Source of the DNA: Cenarchaeum sp.
GTDB lineage: Archaea > Thermoproteota > Nitrososphaeria > Nitrososphaerales > Nitrosopumilaceae
NCBI GenBank assembly: GCA_965206845.1
Contig: OZ242221.1
Location: forward strand, 1,056,001-1,120,000
Direction of reading: 5' to 3'
DNA length: 64,000 nucleotides
A model generated the notes under the pieces. The model was not told the DNA's origin, searched no databases, and worked only from the letters and a program-made list of their open reading frames with translations. Position 1 is the first letter of the stretch. Every line of letters starts with the position of its first letter. Below are positions 1 to 10,764 of this stretch, in pieces. A program made the translations under genes and the position numbers.

Positions 1-1358
1 ACGTTGTCCTCCGAGTCCTCGATGACTATGATTATGCGCGATGTCTCCTCCTGCGCGTCCATGTTCAGTATGTTCAGCCCGGCCTCGCCGACCCGGGCGC
101 TTGCCCTGGATGCCACCTGCTGGACGCGCCACATCTCGTCGCCGATCAGCGTAACGACGCCGCGGTTGTACGTGATGGCCGCAAGCGGATCAAAGCTTCT
201 GATGTACTTCTCGCTCCACCGGACATAGTCCGCATCCAGAAACAGGAACCTTGAGAACTCTATCTCGTCCCTGACGAAGGGCGACAGCGTGACATACTCG
301 CCGTAGCGCCTGTCCTGCTTGAGGGAGCTCTGTAGCCTCTGCGACGCGTTCCTCTCGATTCTTACTATCGCGCAGTTCCTCTTTCCGGTGACGATCTTCA
401 GCGGGTGGCCGTTCCGGCTGTCGGTCTTGCGCTTTATGACGGTGGTTCTTTCGGGGTTCTTCATGTCCGTGATTGTGATGGGAATGTCCACGCCGTTCTC
501 CAGGATCTCCTTGATTGCGATGGGATCAAGGATCTTCATGCCGAACATTCCCGCCAGCCGGGCCTCGTTGTACGACAGCTGGTGAACGGTCCCAAGCCCG
601 TCCTGCACCGTCTTTGGGTCTGCAGACGCAACCGAGCTGTCCTTCTCAAAGTCGATCCGGGTGTTGTACTTGCCGTGGAACAGGATGCCGATGTCTGCGG
701 CGGTCCGGTCAGAGCCCCCCCTCTCATACGTGGTGACCGTCCCGCCGGCAGTCCTTCCGATGAATCCGCCGATGGACACCACCTCGTTCTCGCTCACAAG
801 CCTCTCCATGCCTTGCATTCTGCTGACAGACTGGGAGTACAGAAAATTGGTAAACTCGATGTTGTCGTCGGTGATGATGGGCCACATGTCCAGGTCCACC
901 GCCTCGGCGCCGATTCCCCGGCCCTTGATTATGTATGCCATGATGTGCGACATGAGGATCTCCCCGGAGTATGCCAGCGCCAGGGAGCGGATCTCGCCGG
1001 CAAATCCCTGCCCGGCTGCCTTCAGGAGGCACTGCCTCGCCTTGCCCAGATACGAGTCGACCATGCCGCGGCATTCCGCCTCATACTTCTGGCCTACCAT
1101 CTCGAGAATCTTGTCGTACGCCCCCCGGACCGTTCCCATCTCGGGCTCCCGGCCAGACCCCGCGTTGCGGCCCATCTCCAGAACCACGTCGGTAAGCGAG
1201 CGGGGCCGGCCATCGTATACGGTCAGCGGGGCGGAGAAGACGGCCACGACCTTGGAGTCCCTTCTCATCTCCTCGATTCGCTGGAGTACGATGGGTATGG
1301 ACAGGCCGTCAGGCCCTATCGCGCTGCCCCCGAACTTTGCCACAACCAGATTGTTCAC
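1..1358 (-). CDS. lysC: Aspartate kinase (3' end runs off the window)
   Basis: Minus-strand reading from GTG at 1358: VNNLVVAKFGGSA...GGFIG...TTYERGGSDRTAA...LSYNEARLAGMFGMKILDP. Absent from the ORF track because it has no stop inside the window. Confidence 0.9.
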   Translation of the reverse strand, partial: MNNLVVAKFGGSAIGPDGLSIPIVLQRIEEMRRDSKVVAVFSAPLTVYDGRPRSLTDVVLEMGRNAGSGREPEMGTVRGAYDKILEMVGQKYEAECRGMVDSYLGKARQCLLKAAGQGFAGEIRSLALAYSGEILMSHIMAYIIKGRGIGAEAVDLDMWPIITDDNIEFTNFLYSQSVSRMQGMERLVSENEVVSIGGFIGRTAGGTVTTYERGGSDRTAADIGILFHGKYNTRIDFEKDSSVASADPKTVQDGLGTVHQLSYNEARLAGMFGMKILDPIAIKEILENGVDIPITITDMKNPERTTVIKRKTDSRNGHPLKIVTGKRNCAIVRIERNASQRLQSSLKQDRRYGEYVTLSPFVRDEIEFSRFLFLDADYVRWSEKYIRSFDPLAAITYNRGVVTLIGDEMWRVQQVASRASARVGEAGLNILNMDAQEETSRIIIVIEDSEDN

Positions 1359-1388
1359 TGCAGTATATCCTGCAAACCTGTCAGTCTA

Positions 1389-2414
1389 TTAATTATTGGT
1401 TTTCTGCGCCAGCACCCCGGAGATGATTCCCGCTGCCGCCGCGGCGCCGTCTGATGCCGCGGGTTCCCTCCCCTGGGACAGCTTCTGCGGCACCAGGGAC
1501 TCCAGCCTGTATACATCATCTGGGGAGAAGCCCATCTCCCTTGCGTTGTCCTCCTGCTCGAAGTGGTTCCTTATGGGAATGAAGATTCCCGGGGTTCCGT
1601 AGACCCTTGCCTCGTCGATGGTGGACTTGCCGGCCAGGGATATGACGACATCGGCGGCACAGATCACCTCGTGCATGTCACTTACAAACCCCATGCACCT
1701 GGCGCTGTCGTACTCTGCCTCCATCGCTGGGCCGGACACCACCACCGCGTCCAGGCCCAGCCTTGCGACATCCCGCACCGCCCTCTCTATCAGGAACCTG
1801 CCCGCATCGGTTCCACCGGCGCTGATCAGTACGGTCTGTCCCGTAAAGCCAAACTTTGCCCGCAGCTGGCTCCTAGTCTGCCCGGTCTCCCGGACTATGG
1901 GCCCGACGCGGCTGATGTTTCCTTGGCCGGCCCCGTCCTCTGGCAGGATCACCGCGTCGCACCTTGATATCATATTCTGCATGGAGCGGTTCATCCTCCT
2001 CTCGAGTATGGCTGCCAGGCCCCGGGTGAAGTCAGTCTCCAGTATGTCTGTTATCAGCACCGTGGGAATGCCCATCTCCTGGCCCACCACCAGCGCGGCA
2101 AAGTCCTCGTCGCTCACTATGACGCGGGGGCGCTCCTCTGCGATTATCTTCCGCGCGATCCGCTTGCAGTCCTTGTAGTACCTGTAGTACCTCCACAGCC
2201 ACCTCAGCGGTCTCTTCAGCGAGCCATCCTGCACCGCAAAGTTTGGCGGATGGTACGCGTCGCGCACGTCAAGCCCGTACCGCTCAAACAGCCGGGCCGC
2301 CCCAGAACCCGTGACAAACCCCACCGCCGGCCCCTTGAGGCGCCTTGCCACCGCATAGTCCCGCGTGGCGTGGCCCAGTCCGATGGGGCTTGTAAAGAAC
2401 AGGATGTCCCTCAT
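1389..2414 (-). CDS. GT-B glycosyltransferase (MurG/GT28-like)
   Basis: MRDILFFTSPIGLGHATRD N-terminus; C-terminal ADVVISLAGKSTIDEA...HFEQEDNA motif. Confidence 0.8.
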   Translation of the reverse strand: MRDILFFTSPIGLGHATRDYAVARRLKGPAVGFVTGSGAARLFERYGLDVRDAYHPPNFAVQDGSLKRPLRWLWRYYRYYKDCKRIARKIIAEERPRVIVSDEDFAALVVGQEMGIPTVLITDILETDFTRGLAAILERRMNRSMQNMISRCDAVILPEDGAGQGNISRVGPIVRETGQTRSQLRAKFGFTGQTVLISAGGTDAGRFLIERAVRDVARLGLDAVVVSGPAMEAEYDSARCMGFVSDMHEVICAADVVISLAGKSTIDEARVYGTPGIFIPIRNHFEQEDNAREMGFSPDDVYRLESLVPQKLSQGREPAASDGAAAAAGIISGVLAQKTNN

Positions 2415-2753
2415 GCCGGTGTGCGGCGCTTTTTTAATTTCTACTTTTCGGTGGGACGCGAGACCGGATCGGCAGCGCGGGAATGTGGGGGGCTGGCATG
2501 CTTCATGCATACCGGCACGACGCAAAGGGGAACCCGACCTCTATTGGGAGACGGAACGCATCCTGCAGGCACAGGCCCGGTCTGCGCCGGGCCAAAACGC
2601 GCACCCCACCATGGCATATGCTCAGGTCGGCAGTCTGTCTAGACACAAAAACACACGACACTATGCAAAACCATGCCTAGCATCGAGCGGAACCTGAGTA
2701 TGTGCCCACCCTGGCATGCAAAGTTTAAATGGATTTTACCAAGGTTGTTTGCT

Positions 2754-2828
2754 GGGCCCATAGTCCAGCTCGGTTATGACGTCGCCTTTACACGGCGAAG
2801 ATCCAGGGTTCGAATCCCTGTGGGCCCA
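2754..2828 (+). tRNA. tRNA-Val(TAC)
   Basis: GGGCCCA acceptor stem, anticodon arm TCGCC-TTTACAC-GGCGA, GGTTCGAATCC T-arm; TATA-like TTTAAAT about 25-30 bp upstream. Confidence 0.97.
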
Positions 2829-2858
2829 TTTATCGTGGCGTGCGCAGCCCACACTGCG

Positions 2859-3395
2859 CTAAAAGTCGATCCCGCGCCTCGCCTTGATGCCTGACCTGAA
2901 TGGGTGCTTGATCTCCCTCATCTCCGTGACGAGATCCGCCAGCTCCAGCACTTCTGGCGCCGCATGGTTCCCAGTGAGAACCAGGTTCAGCCTGCGCGGC
3001 CTGTTCCTGATGAGCCCTGCCACGTCGCCTGCCTCCACCAGCCCCAGCTTCACCGCGTAGTTTATCTCGTCCAGTATCACCACATCGTACGCGTCTGACT
3101 GGATCTTCGCGCGGCTCAGCTTCAGCGCCTCGCCTGCGATCTCCTCATGCGCCTTCCGGGGGCTGGTGTCGTCAATTATGCCCACAAAGCCCCTGCCCGC
3201 GGCTATCAGCTCAAAGCCGGGCTCCAGCCTCTTTGACGAGTCCATCTCGCCGTAGTGCCAGGATCCCTTTATGAACTGGATCATGCACACCCTGTGGCCG
3301 TATCCCGTGGCCCTGAGCGCAAGTCCCAGCGCCGCCGTCGTCTTTCCCTTACCGCCTCCGGTGTAGACTATCACCAGTCCCTCTTCGGGCATCAT
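2859..3395 (-). CDS. cobO: Cob(I)alamin adenosyltransferase (CobO/BtuR)
   Basis: VYTGGGKGKTTAALG, QFIKG, ILDE, KHPF..GI.AR.GIDF motifs. Confidence 0.95.
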   Translation of the reverse strand: MMPEEGLVIVYTGGGKGKTTAALGLALRATGYGHRVCMIQFIKGSWHYGEMDSSKRLEPGFELIAAGRGFVGIIDDTSPRKAHEEIAGEALKLSRAKIQSDAYDVVILDEINYAVKLGLVEAGDVAGLIRNRPRRLNLVLTGNHAAPEVLELADLVTEMREIKHPFRSGIKARRGIDF

Positions 3396-3475
3396 GGTGT
3401 GTGGGTGCGCTCCCGCTAAAAAGATTGGCAGTCCAACAAGTCGGTTTAAATTAAAATCCGACCAACCAAGACGGG

Positions 3476-4828
3476 TTGAGGATCCCAAGGGTCGTGATCG
3501 CCGGCGCCGCAAGCGGCGTGGGCAAGACCTCCATCACTTGCGCCGTCATACACGGCCTGATGAGCCGCGGCTACTCGGTGCAGCCCTTCAAGGCGGGCCC
3601 CGACTACATCGACCCGACGTTTCTCTCCGCCGTGTCCGGCAATGCGGCGGGGAACCTGGATCCCTGGCTGATGGGGGGCGGCGAGCTGAAGAGGAGCTTT
3701 GTCGCAAACTCGACGTCTGATATCTCTGTCATCGAGGGCGTCATGGGATACTATGACGGCTTTGCCGGGGACTCGAACTTTGCCAGCACGTTTGATGTGG
3801 CGACAAGGCTCAGGTGCCCGTCCATCCTGGTGCTTGATGCGGCCAGGGTGGCCCGCTCCGTTGCGGCAGTCGCCGCCGGCTTTGCAGGATTCCACAAGGA
3901 CTCTCGGATCTCGGGGATAATCCTGAACAGGATAGGGAGCAGAAAGCACGAGCTCCTGTGCAGGGCGGCGCTGGCGCCGCTGAAGATACCCGTGGTGGGC
4001 GTCATACCCCGCAGCGAGTCCGCAAGGCTCGAGTCCCGGCACCTGGGGCTGGTTCCCGCCGTGGAGCGAGAGACTCAGGCAGCGGCAATCCGGGATATTG
4101 CAAGGACGTTCTCCGATTACCTGGACTTTGAGGGGATAGTCGCGATATGCCGCAGTGCCGGGCCGCTGAAGGGCGTGGAGCCACCAAGGGCCGCAGACAG
4201 GCGCGCCGTACTGGGCGTGGCGCTTGACAGCTCGTTTAACTTCTACTACCGGGAGAACCTTGACGCCCTGCGGCGCTGCGGGGCGGAGATCAGGTTCTTC
4301 AGCCCCCTCGCAGACGCAGAGGCTCCACCCTGCGACGGCCTCTACATCGGGGGAGGGTTTCCGGAGATCCTGGGGCCGCAGCTTGCAGGGAACCGCAGCA
4401 TGGCCGCATCCATAAGGAAGGCCGCAGAGGACCACACCCCGGTGTATGCCGAGTGCGGCGGCCTGATGTACCTTACAAGGTCGATCGTGTATGGCCAGGA
4501 GAGGCACCCCATGGTGGGCCTCCTTGATGCAGACACCAGGATGACCAGGCAGATGACGCTGAACTACACCCGGGGCCGGACCATGCACGACAGCATAGTG
4601 TCCGGCCCGGGCAGGGTGGTGCGCGCACACGAGTTCCACTACTCCCGGCTCGAGTCAGTCCCGTCCGACGCCAGGTTTGCCTACCGGCTGTCTGTCGGCG
4701 AGGGGATAGCGCAGGGCCGCGACGGGTTGCTCGTGTACGACACCCTGGCCTCCTACTGCCACCTGTACCTTGCGGGCGAGCGGGCGGGAAATCTGGTGGA
4801 CTCCTGCGTCAGGCACTCAAGGGGGTGA
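3476..4828 (+). CDS. cbiA: Cobyrinate a,c-diamide synthase
   Basis: SGVGKT, FKAGPDYIDP, IEGVMG, SRHLGL, GGFPE, AECGGLMYL, HEFHYS. Confidence 0.95.
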   Translation: MRIPRVVIAGAASGVGKTSITCAVIHGLMSRGYSVQPFKAGPDYIDPTFLSAVSGNAAGNLDPWLMGGGELKRSFVANSTSDISVIEGVMGYYDGFAGDSNFASTFDVATRLRCPSILVLDAARVARSVAAVAAGFAGFHKDSRISGIILNRIGSRKHELLCRAALAPLKIPVVGVIPRSESARLESRHLGLVPAVERETQAAAIRDIARTFSDYLDFEGIVAICRSAGPLKGVEPPRAADRRAVLGVALDSSFNFYYRENLDALRRCGAEIRFFSPLADAEAPPCDGLYIGGGFPEILGPQLAGNRSMAASIRKAAEDHTPVYAECGGLMYLTRSIVYGQERHPMVGLLDADTRMTRQMTLNYTRGRTMHDSIVSGPGRVVRAHEFHYSRLESVPSDARFAYRLSVGEGIAQGRDGLLVYDTLASYCHLYLAGERAGNLVDSCVRHSRG

Positions 4829-5452
4829 CTCCCTTGCCAGCCGCAGCAGGGCGTTTAGCATTGCCGCGGCGGACGGGCTTCCACCCTTCCTTCCGATGTT
4901 GGTGATGTACTCGGTGTCGGTCCCCGCAAGCTCCGCCTTTGACTCGGCAGCAGAGATGAACCCCACCGGTATGCCTATGACCAGGGCGGGCCTTGCGATG
5001 CCCTCACGGATCATCCGGATCACCTCCAGGAGAGCCGTGGGGGCGTTGCCGATGACTACTATGCCTCTATCCATGTCGTCTCTTGCCGCGCGCATGGATG
5101 CCTGCGAGCGCGTCACGTCCTGCTGCGCCGCAACCCTTGCCACCTCGGGATCGGAGATCCTGCAGATGACCTGGATGCCAAAGTCCCGCAGGGCCTGCCG
5201 GTTGAGCAGCCCGACCACGCCGTCCACGTCGGCTATGACGCGGCAGCCACTCCTTATGGCCCCGATGCCGCTTGCCACCGCGCCGTCTGAGAAGAGTATG
5301 GCGTTGCTTCCCGCAAAGTCAAAGTCCGCGGTCGAGTGAATCACCCGCCTTACGACCGGCCACTCCATCCTGCCGTACCCGTGCGCGCCTATCTCGTCCT
5401 CGATCACGCGCATGCTGGCGTCCTCAATCGACTGGCCTTTTCTTGTTTGCAT
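4817..5452 (-). CDS. cbiC: Precorrin-8X methylmutase
   Basis: RVIHSTAD, IGNAPTAL, PVGFISAAESK, GRKGGS. Confidence 0.95.
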   Translation of the reverse strand: MQTRKGQSIEDASMRVIEDEIGAHGYGRMEWPVVRRVIHSTADFDFAGSNAILFSDGAVASGIGAIRSGCRVIADVDGVVGLLNRQALRDFGIQVICRISDPEVARVAAQQDVTRSQASMRAARDDMDRGIVVIGNAPTALLEVIRMIREGIARPALVIGIPVGFISAAESKAELAGTDTEYITNIGRKGGSPSAAAMLNALLRLARESPP

Positions 5453-6188
5453 TCTCCACCTCCATGGCTCTCTCCAGAACCAGGTCCACCATCATGGCAT
5501 CCGCGCCGATGTGCTTTGTGATGAGGACCTTTGCCAGTCCGGCCTTCTCCAGCGCGGGGTTCAGGTCCTCGTAGATGTCCCTCTTTACGTGGGCCCCCTC
5601 GTGCAGAAAGTAGAAGACGACCACCAGGACCCTGGGCCAGTCCTTCCTGCAGGCCTCTATGCCCTGCGCTATGTCGGGCTTCTCCATCTCCAAAAAGCAG
5701 TAGCTGACGTTCCTGTAACGTGGCCGGAGCCCGCCGGCCACATACTCGATTGCCATCCGGGCGTTGGGATCCTTGCTTCCGTGGCCGACTATCAGCACGT
5801 CCACCTCACCCTCCGGCGTGCCGTCCCCGTCCAGCGCGGCGGCAATCCTGCGGTTCACCAGGTCTATCATGGTCTTGTGCATGCTCATGGGCCTTGTCAC
5901 CAGGAACTTGGCTCTGGTTGAGGACTGGAGCCTCATCACGTCTGTCACCGCCGCCTTGACCTTCCTGCCGGGGTACAGAAAGTACGGCACGATGGTAAGC
6001 TGGTCAAGGCTGTCCTTGAGGGATTTTGCCACCCCCTCCTTGATGAACGGCGGAAGCACCTCCAGAAAGCAGTAGCCGCAGTACTGGTACCCGCCACCCT
6101 GTCTTACCCTGGCGGATATGTCGTCCAGCTCGTCCCGGACCTCCTGCTCCCGGCTTCCCCTGTCGATGATCAGCAGGCCGCGCTTCAA
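5424..6188 (-). CDS. cbiX: Sirohydrochlorin cobaltochelatase (two-domain CbiX)
   Basis: Duplicated (R/H)GS...FLE...F(L) domains, HVKRDI; located within the cbi cluster. Confidence 0.9.
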   Translation of the reverse strand: MKRGLLIIDRGSREQEVRDELDDISARVRQGGGYQYCGYCFLEVLPPFIKEGVAKSLKDSLDQLTIVPYFLYPGRKVKAAVTDVMRLQSSTRAKFLVTRPMSMHKTMIDLVNRRIAAALDGDGTPEGEVDVLIVGHGSKDPNARMAIEYVAGGLRPRYRNVSYCFLEMEKPDIAQGIEACRKDWPRVLVVVFYFLHEGAHVKRDIYEDLNPALEKAGLAKVLITKHIGADAMMVDLVLERAMEVENANKKRPVD

Positions 6189-7243
6189 TGCTCAATCCTC
6201 GCCACTGCCACAGTAAGATCCGGGGGAAACTTTTGCTTCTCTACCACCAGGCCGCCGCCCGAGGCCAGGATTGCCGCGGCCTCCGACACACTGGGGGTTC
6301 CCTCAAAGGCGCTCACCACCCTTGACGGGTTTGGGGTGCTGACTTGGGCCAGATCCTCGCGGTCGATATACTCTATGGGTATGCCGCTCTCTTGGCCGAA
6401 CTGCACCAGGCCCTGCACGTCCTCGGGCTTTCTTATCGAGGCGATCCTGGCAACCGATCCGGGATGTAGCCCGAACCTACCAAGCGACTCTTGGATCCCG
6501 GCCCTGATCTTCTCCTTGCTGGTATCGCCGTGCAGTCCCACTCCCACAACCAGTGTCTTTGGTCTATATATTACAGAGTTCTCCGGGACGGACGCTAGTG
6601 CCACGTCCGATATTATGAGGTGGCCCATGGAGCCGGATCCCGCCAGCTCCTCCATGTCGGAGTACCGGGTGATGTTCTCCGGAAGCGGGCCGCTCCACCA
6701 GTTCCTCTCGCCTGCCTCTTGGAGCAGTCCGATCTTCTCTGCGTTTACCATCATCGCGCTGACCCGGGTTACCGTCGAGTCGTCCTCTATCTCCCAGCCA
6801 AACTCCCTTCCAACCATGTCCACTGCCACCGTCCGGTTTACGTCGGCCGCCGTGGTTATCACCGCAGTCGCGCCCAGCCTGCCTGCCAGGTCCACCGTCA
6901 GCCTGTTGGCCCCGCCTATGTGTCCGGAGAGCACGCTGATCACAAAGTTTGCCCCGTCGTCGATTACGATCACCGCGGGATCCGTCTTCTTGCTCTTCAT
7001 GTGCGGGGTGATCAGCCTGATCACCGCCCCCAGCGAGAAGAGGCACACCAAGGCGCCGCCTGCCTCAAACAGGCTGCCTATCTTGGCCGATGTCGGCTCC
7101 TGATACCACTCTATGCCGGCATCCCCGGTGTCCAGCTTTGCGGGGGCGTAGATCCTGCAGCCCGGAGTGCCCTTCAGCCTAGAGGCGATCTTTACGCCGT
7201 TCTTTGTTATGGCGATGACGGATATGCGATCCACAGGAGACAT
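6185..7243 (-). CDS. cbiG: Cobalt-precorrin-5A hydrolase CbiG
   Basis: KKTDPAVIVID, LSGHIGGAN, ITTAAD, SVSEAAA motifs. Confidence 0.93.
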   Translation of the reverse strand: MSPVDRISVIAITKNGVKIASRLKGTPGCRIYAPAKLDTGDAGIEWYQEPTSAKIGSLFEAGGALVCLFSLGAVIRLITPHMKSKKTDPAVIVIDDGANFVISVLSGHIGGANRLTVDLAGRLGATAVITTAADVNRTVAVDMVGREFGWEIEDDSTVTRVSAMMVNAEKIGLLQEAGERNWWSGPLPENITRYSDMEELAGSGSMGHLIISDVALASVPENSVIYRPKTLVVGVGLHGDTSKEKIRAGIQESLGRFGLHPGSVARIASIRKPEDVQGLVQFGQESGIPIEYIDREDLAQVSTPNPSRVVSAFEGTPSVSEAAAILASGGGLVVEKQKFPPDLTVAVARIEH

Positions 7244-7265
7244 CCGGGCGCAGCAATAAAATATC

Positions 7266-8339
7266 TTACTCTGATGCGTGCCTTGAGAGCAGGCTGCCGT
7301 CAAAGTCAAACAGCATTGCGGTCACGGCCACCTTCTGCTCTGCGTGCCCCCTCATGTGCAGGCACACCCGCGAGGTGACCGCATCAAAGAACCCCTCGAC
7401 GTGGTTCTCCTTTACCATCTCCAGCACGTGCCTTGCGGTGTTTGCCTTTCGTATCTTCTGCACCACGGCCTCCCCGGCGCCGGCCTCCCCGGCAAGCCCC
7501 GCCAGAAAGCCCACGTCCACCTTGGATCCCTTGACATGTGTCTGCCTTATGCCCTTGGCCATCTTAGCCAGCTTTCCGATGAACCCCACCACCGTCACGT
7601 CGGCGATGCCCTTTTTGGCGCACTGCTGGATCGAGTACCCCGCAAAGTCACCCATCTGCACAAAGCAGTGGTCCGGAAGATCCACGATCTTTCTGGCAAA
7701 GTCCTCGCTCCGTCCCCCGGTGGTCAGGACGACACTCGTGTCCCCCATGGCCAGGGCCACGTCCAGACTCTGCCTGATCGAGGCGGCATAGGATGCCGTG
7801 GAGAAGGGGACCACGATGCCACTGGTTCCAAGGATCGAGATCCCGCCAAGTATGCCCAGCCGCGGGTTGTCCGTCTTGGGTGCCAGCTCCCTTCCCGCGG
7901 GAACCGAGACGACGACCCGGATGCCCCTTGCAGAGAGGAGATCCCCGCCCACCCTTGCGAGGTTCTCGCGGATCATCCTTTTGGGAACTGGGTTTATCGC
8001 TGGCCGGCCGATCTCAAGCCCCAGCCCGGGCTTTGTGACCGTGCCGACCCCGTCCCCTCCGTCGATCTCTATCCCAGTCGAGCCGGTAAGCGTCACGTCC
8101 ACCACGATCTCGGCCCCGTGCGTGACGTCGGGATCGTCCCCGCCGTCCTTGATTACGGAGCACCGGGCCCAGTCGTCCCCGAACCGGCAGCTGTGCAGCG
8201 TGATGCTGGCGGTGTCGCCCTTGGGAAGGGACACGTCTACGCTGCCCGTTCCCTTCTGGCTGATTATGGCGGCAAGTCCCGCTGCGGCCCCTGCTGCGGC
8301 GCAGGTGCCGGTTGAAAAGCCGGTCCGAAGTTTGTTCAC
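7266..8339 (-). CDS. cbiD: Cobalt-precorrin-5B C1-methyltransferase
   Basis: LRTGFSTGTCAAA, KDGGDDPDVTHGA, PAINPVP, NPRLGILGGISILGTSG. Confidence 0.95.
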   Translation of the reverse strand: MNKLRTGFSTGTCAAAGAAAGLAAIISQKGTGSVDVSLPKGDTASITLHSCRFGDDWARCSVIKDGGDDPDVTHGAEIVVDVTLTGSTGIEIDGGDGVGTVTKPGLGLEIGRPAINPVPKRMIRENLARVGGDLLSARGIRVVVSVPAGRELAPKTDNPRLGILGGISILGTSGIVVPFSTASYAASIRQSLDVALAMGDTSVVLTTGGRSEDFARKIVDLPDHCFVQMGDFAGYSIQQCAKKGIADVTVVGFIGKLAKMAKGIRQTHVKGSKVDVGFLAGLAGEAGAGEAVVQKIRKANTARHVLEMVKENHVEGFFDAVTSRVCLHMRGHAEQKVAVTAMLFDFDGSLLSRHASE

Positions 8340-8439
8340 ACCTGCACTGTTCCCCTAATCTATTAATTCTTGTTTGTGTGGGGAATTGTGGTATATAGTT
8401 CCCATACGTTTAAAATTCTTGGAGCCCCCCCGGCATCGT

Positions 8440-9276
8440 GTGGAACCAGGGCCTGTGGCGGTAACGGGGGCAAACGGCTTTGTCGCAAGAAACCTGCGGC
8501 GGCTTTTGGATGCCAGGCGGATCCCCGCCGTCGCCGTTGCCAGGCGGGACTTTGTGGCATACCGGCACGAGACCAAGGTCGTCTCCCCGGGCTATGCAGA
8601 GGACGACATACTGCCGGAGCTCCGCCGCTGCTCAGGCCTGGTTCACCTGGTGGGCATCGGGCGGCAGGCTGCGGGCTCCACTTACACCTCGGCAAACGTC
8701 GACCTCACGGGGAGGGTGATCCGGATGTGCAAAGAGGCCGGCACGGGCAGACTGGTGTACTGCAGCGGCCTCGGGGTCTCTGATGATGCGACCACCGACT
8801 ACTTTATCTCCAAGCTCCATGCCGAGCGGGAGATTGCCGGCTCGGGGCTGGACTATGCCATCTTCCGGCCCTCCTACATAATGGGGACAGACGACCCGCT
8901 CACAAGAAACATCCGAAGACAGGCCAGCGCAGGCTCCGTCATCGTCCCCGGCTCCGGCGGGTTTCCCGTCCAGCCCGTATCGGTGGACGACGCATGCCGG
9001 GTTCTGCTGATGTCCGTTGCCGACGGGAGGTTCTCCCGGCGCACCCTGGATCTGGTGGGCCCGCGCACCATGACCTTTGAGGAGCTAGTCCGCCGTATTG
9101 TGTGCGGCAGGGCGCCCGTCAAGAGGATGGATCTTGAGCGTGCGTACCTTGAGGCGATTCGCAACCCCCGGTTCCCCTACGGCATAGACGACCTGAACAT
9201 CCTGGTGGGCAGGTACGAGGGGGACTTTGGGGAGCTCGCCGGGCTGGCCGGCTTTGACTTTACGGCGGTGCCCTAG
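8440..9276 (+). CDS. NAD-dependent epimerase/dehydratase (extended SDR)
   Basis: VTGANGFVA Rossmann motif, YFISK catalytic motif, FRPSYI; start placed at the GTG downstream of a TTTAAAA box. Confidence 0.85.
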   Translation: MEPGPVAVTGANGFVARNLRRLLDARRIPAVAVARRDFVAYRHETKVVSPGYAEDDILPELRRCSGLVHLVGIGRQAAGSTYTSANVDLTGRVIRMCKEAGTGRLVYCSGLGVSDDATTDYFISKLHAEREIAGSGLDYAIFRPSYIMGTDDPLTRNIRRQASAGSVIVPGSGGFPVQPVSVDDACRVLLMSVADGRFSRRTLDLVGPRTMTFEELVRRIVCGRAPVKRMDLERAYLEAIRNPRFPYGIDDLNILVGRYEGDFGELAGLAGFDFTAVP

Positions 9277-10439
9277 AGTCCGGCTGCCTGTCTCAGGGTG
9301 TCGGCCCTGTCGGTGCTCTCCCATCTAAAGCCCGCATCGCTTCTTCCAAAGTGTCCGTAGGATGCCGTCCTCTGGTAGATGGGCTTCTTGAGATCCAGGT
9401 GCGCTATGATGGCCGAGGGCCGCATGTCAAAGTGCTTCCTTACTATCCCCTCGATATCCTCCTCGGGAATCTTGCCGGTGTCAAAGGTGTTCACCATGAG
9501 CGACACGGGATCGGCGACGCCGATTGCGTATGCCACCTGGATCTCACACCGGTCCGCCATCCCTGCCGCAACTATGTTCTTTGCGATATACCTGCACATG
9601 TAGCAGGCGGATCTGTCCACCTTGGAGGGATCCTTTCCGGAGAATGCCCCGCCGCCGTGCCTTCCAAAGCCGCCGTACGTGTCGACGATTATCTTCCGGC
9701 CCGTGAGCCCCGAGTCCCCGTGTGGGCCGCCTATCACGAACTTGCCCGTGGGGTTGATGTGTATCTTGATCCGATCGTTCCAGTGGCTGCCAAGCACCGG
9801 CCTGATCACCTTCTCGATTATCTGCTCCCTTATCTCCTCGTTGTCCACCTCCGGCGCGTGCTGCGTTGAGACTATCACCGCCTCCACCCGGGAGGGCTTG
9901 CCGTCCTCGTACCTTACGGAGACCTGAGACTTGCCGTCGGGCCTAACCCACTTGAGCTGGCCGGACTTTCTCACCTCCGCCAGCCTCCCTGTAAGCTTGT
10001 GCGCCAGCAGAATGGGCAGCGGCATCAGCTCCTCAGTCTCGTTTGATGCAAATCCGAACATCAGCCCCTGGTCGCCGGCGCCCTGCTCCCTCGCGTGGGT
10101 TGCGGTCACCCCTTGGCTGATGTCCGGGCTCTGCGCGTGAATCTTGAGTGTTATCTTGCACGAGTCAGCGTCAAAGAGCATGGCGGGATCGCTGTATCCT
10201 ATCTCCCGTATGACCTTCCTCACCAGGGCGTCCTGGTCCCCGACCTCAAAGGATGCCTTTGATGTCACCTCGCCCATTACGGCGACAAAGTCCGTGGTTA
10301 TTGCGGTCTCCACGGCCACCCGCGAGTCCGGATCCTGCCTCAGGTACTCGTCTAGGAACGCGTCGGATATCTGGTCGCATATCTTGTCCGGATGCCCCTC
10401 TGTGACAGATTCGGAGGTAAACAGAAAGCTCTTGGTCAT
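9273..10439 (-). CDS. metK: S-adenosylmethionine synthetase (bacterial/eukaryotic type)
   Basis: [42 protein letters not shown]. Confidence 0.97.
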   Translation of the reverse strand: MTKSFLFTSESVTEGHPDKICDQISDAFLDEYLRQDPDSRVAVETAITTDFVAVMGEVTSKASFEVGDQDALVRKVIREIGYSDPAMLFDADSCKITLKIHAQSPDISQGVTATHAREQGAGDQGLMFGFASNETEELMPLPILLAHKLTGRLAEVRKSGQLKWVRPDGKSQVSVRYEDGKPSRVEAVIVSTQHAPEVDNEEIREQIIEKVIRPVLGSHWNDRIKIHINPTGKFVIGGPHGDSGLTGRKIIVDTYGGFGRHGGGAFSGKDPSKVDRSACYMCRYIAKNIVAAGMADRCEIQVAYAIGVADPVSLMVNTFDTGKIPEEDIEGIVRKHFDMRPSAIIAHLDLKKPIYQRTASYGHFGRSDAGFRWESTDRADTLRQAAGL

Positions 10440-10456
10440 GGCAAGCACCAGAAAAA

Positions 10457-10699
10457 CTAGAGATCGTCTTTCAGCTTGATAAACAGTACGTTGTTTCCGC
10501 GGACTAAGACCCTGCCGTAGTTTGCGACGGTCTTGTTGCCCTGCTGCTCCTTGGCGTCTGTCATGATTAGGTTCATGTAGGAGTCAACGTTGTCTATCTT
10601 GCCCCTGTACTCCACCTCGTTCTTGAGCCTGACGGTGACTATCTTGTTTGTGCTCTTTTGAAGGGTTGTTAATGGCCTTTGAGCGGCTGACTGCGACAT
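10457..10699 (-). CDS. Sm-like (Lsm/SmAP) protein
   Basis: VRLKN..EYRG....D.YMNL.. and VRGNNV Sm1/Sm2 motifs. Confidence 0.92.
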   Translation of the reverse strand: MSQSAAQRPLTTLQKSTNKIVTVRLKNEVEYRGKIDNVDSYMNLIMTDAKEQQGNKTVANYGRVLVRGNNVLFIKLKDDL

Positions 10700-10764
10700 C
10701 GTATCTTCACTTGACAGTCAGCGATTTTTTCTAAGATAAAAAGCCTTGCCTCTGCGTGCGGCGC

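Noticed and set aside
405-8358. Long antisense/alternative-frame ORFs (e.g. 405-1454 +, 3446-4639 -, 7344-8315 +) and similar ones throughout the window
   Set aside because: Shadow ORFs of well-supported genes in GC-rich DNA, with no recognisable motifs.
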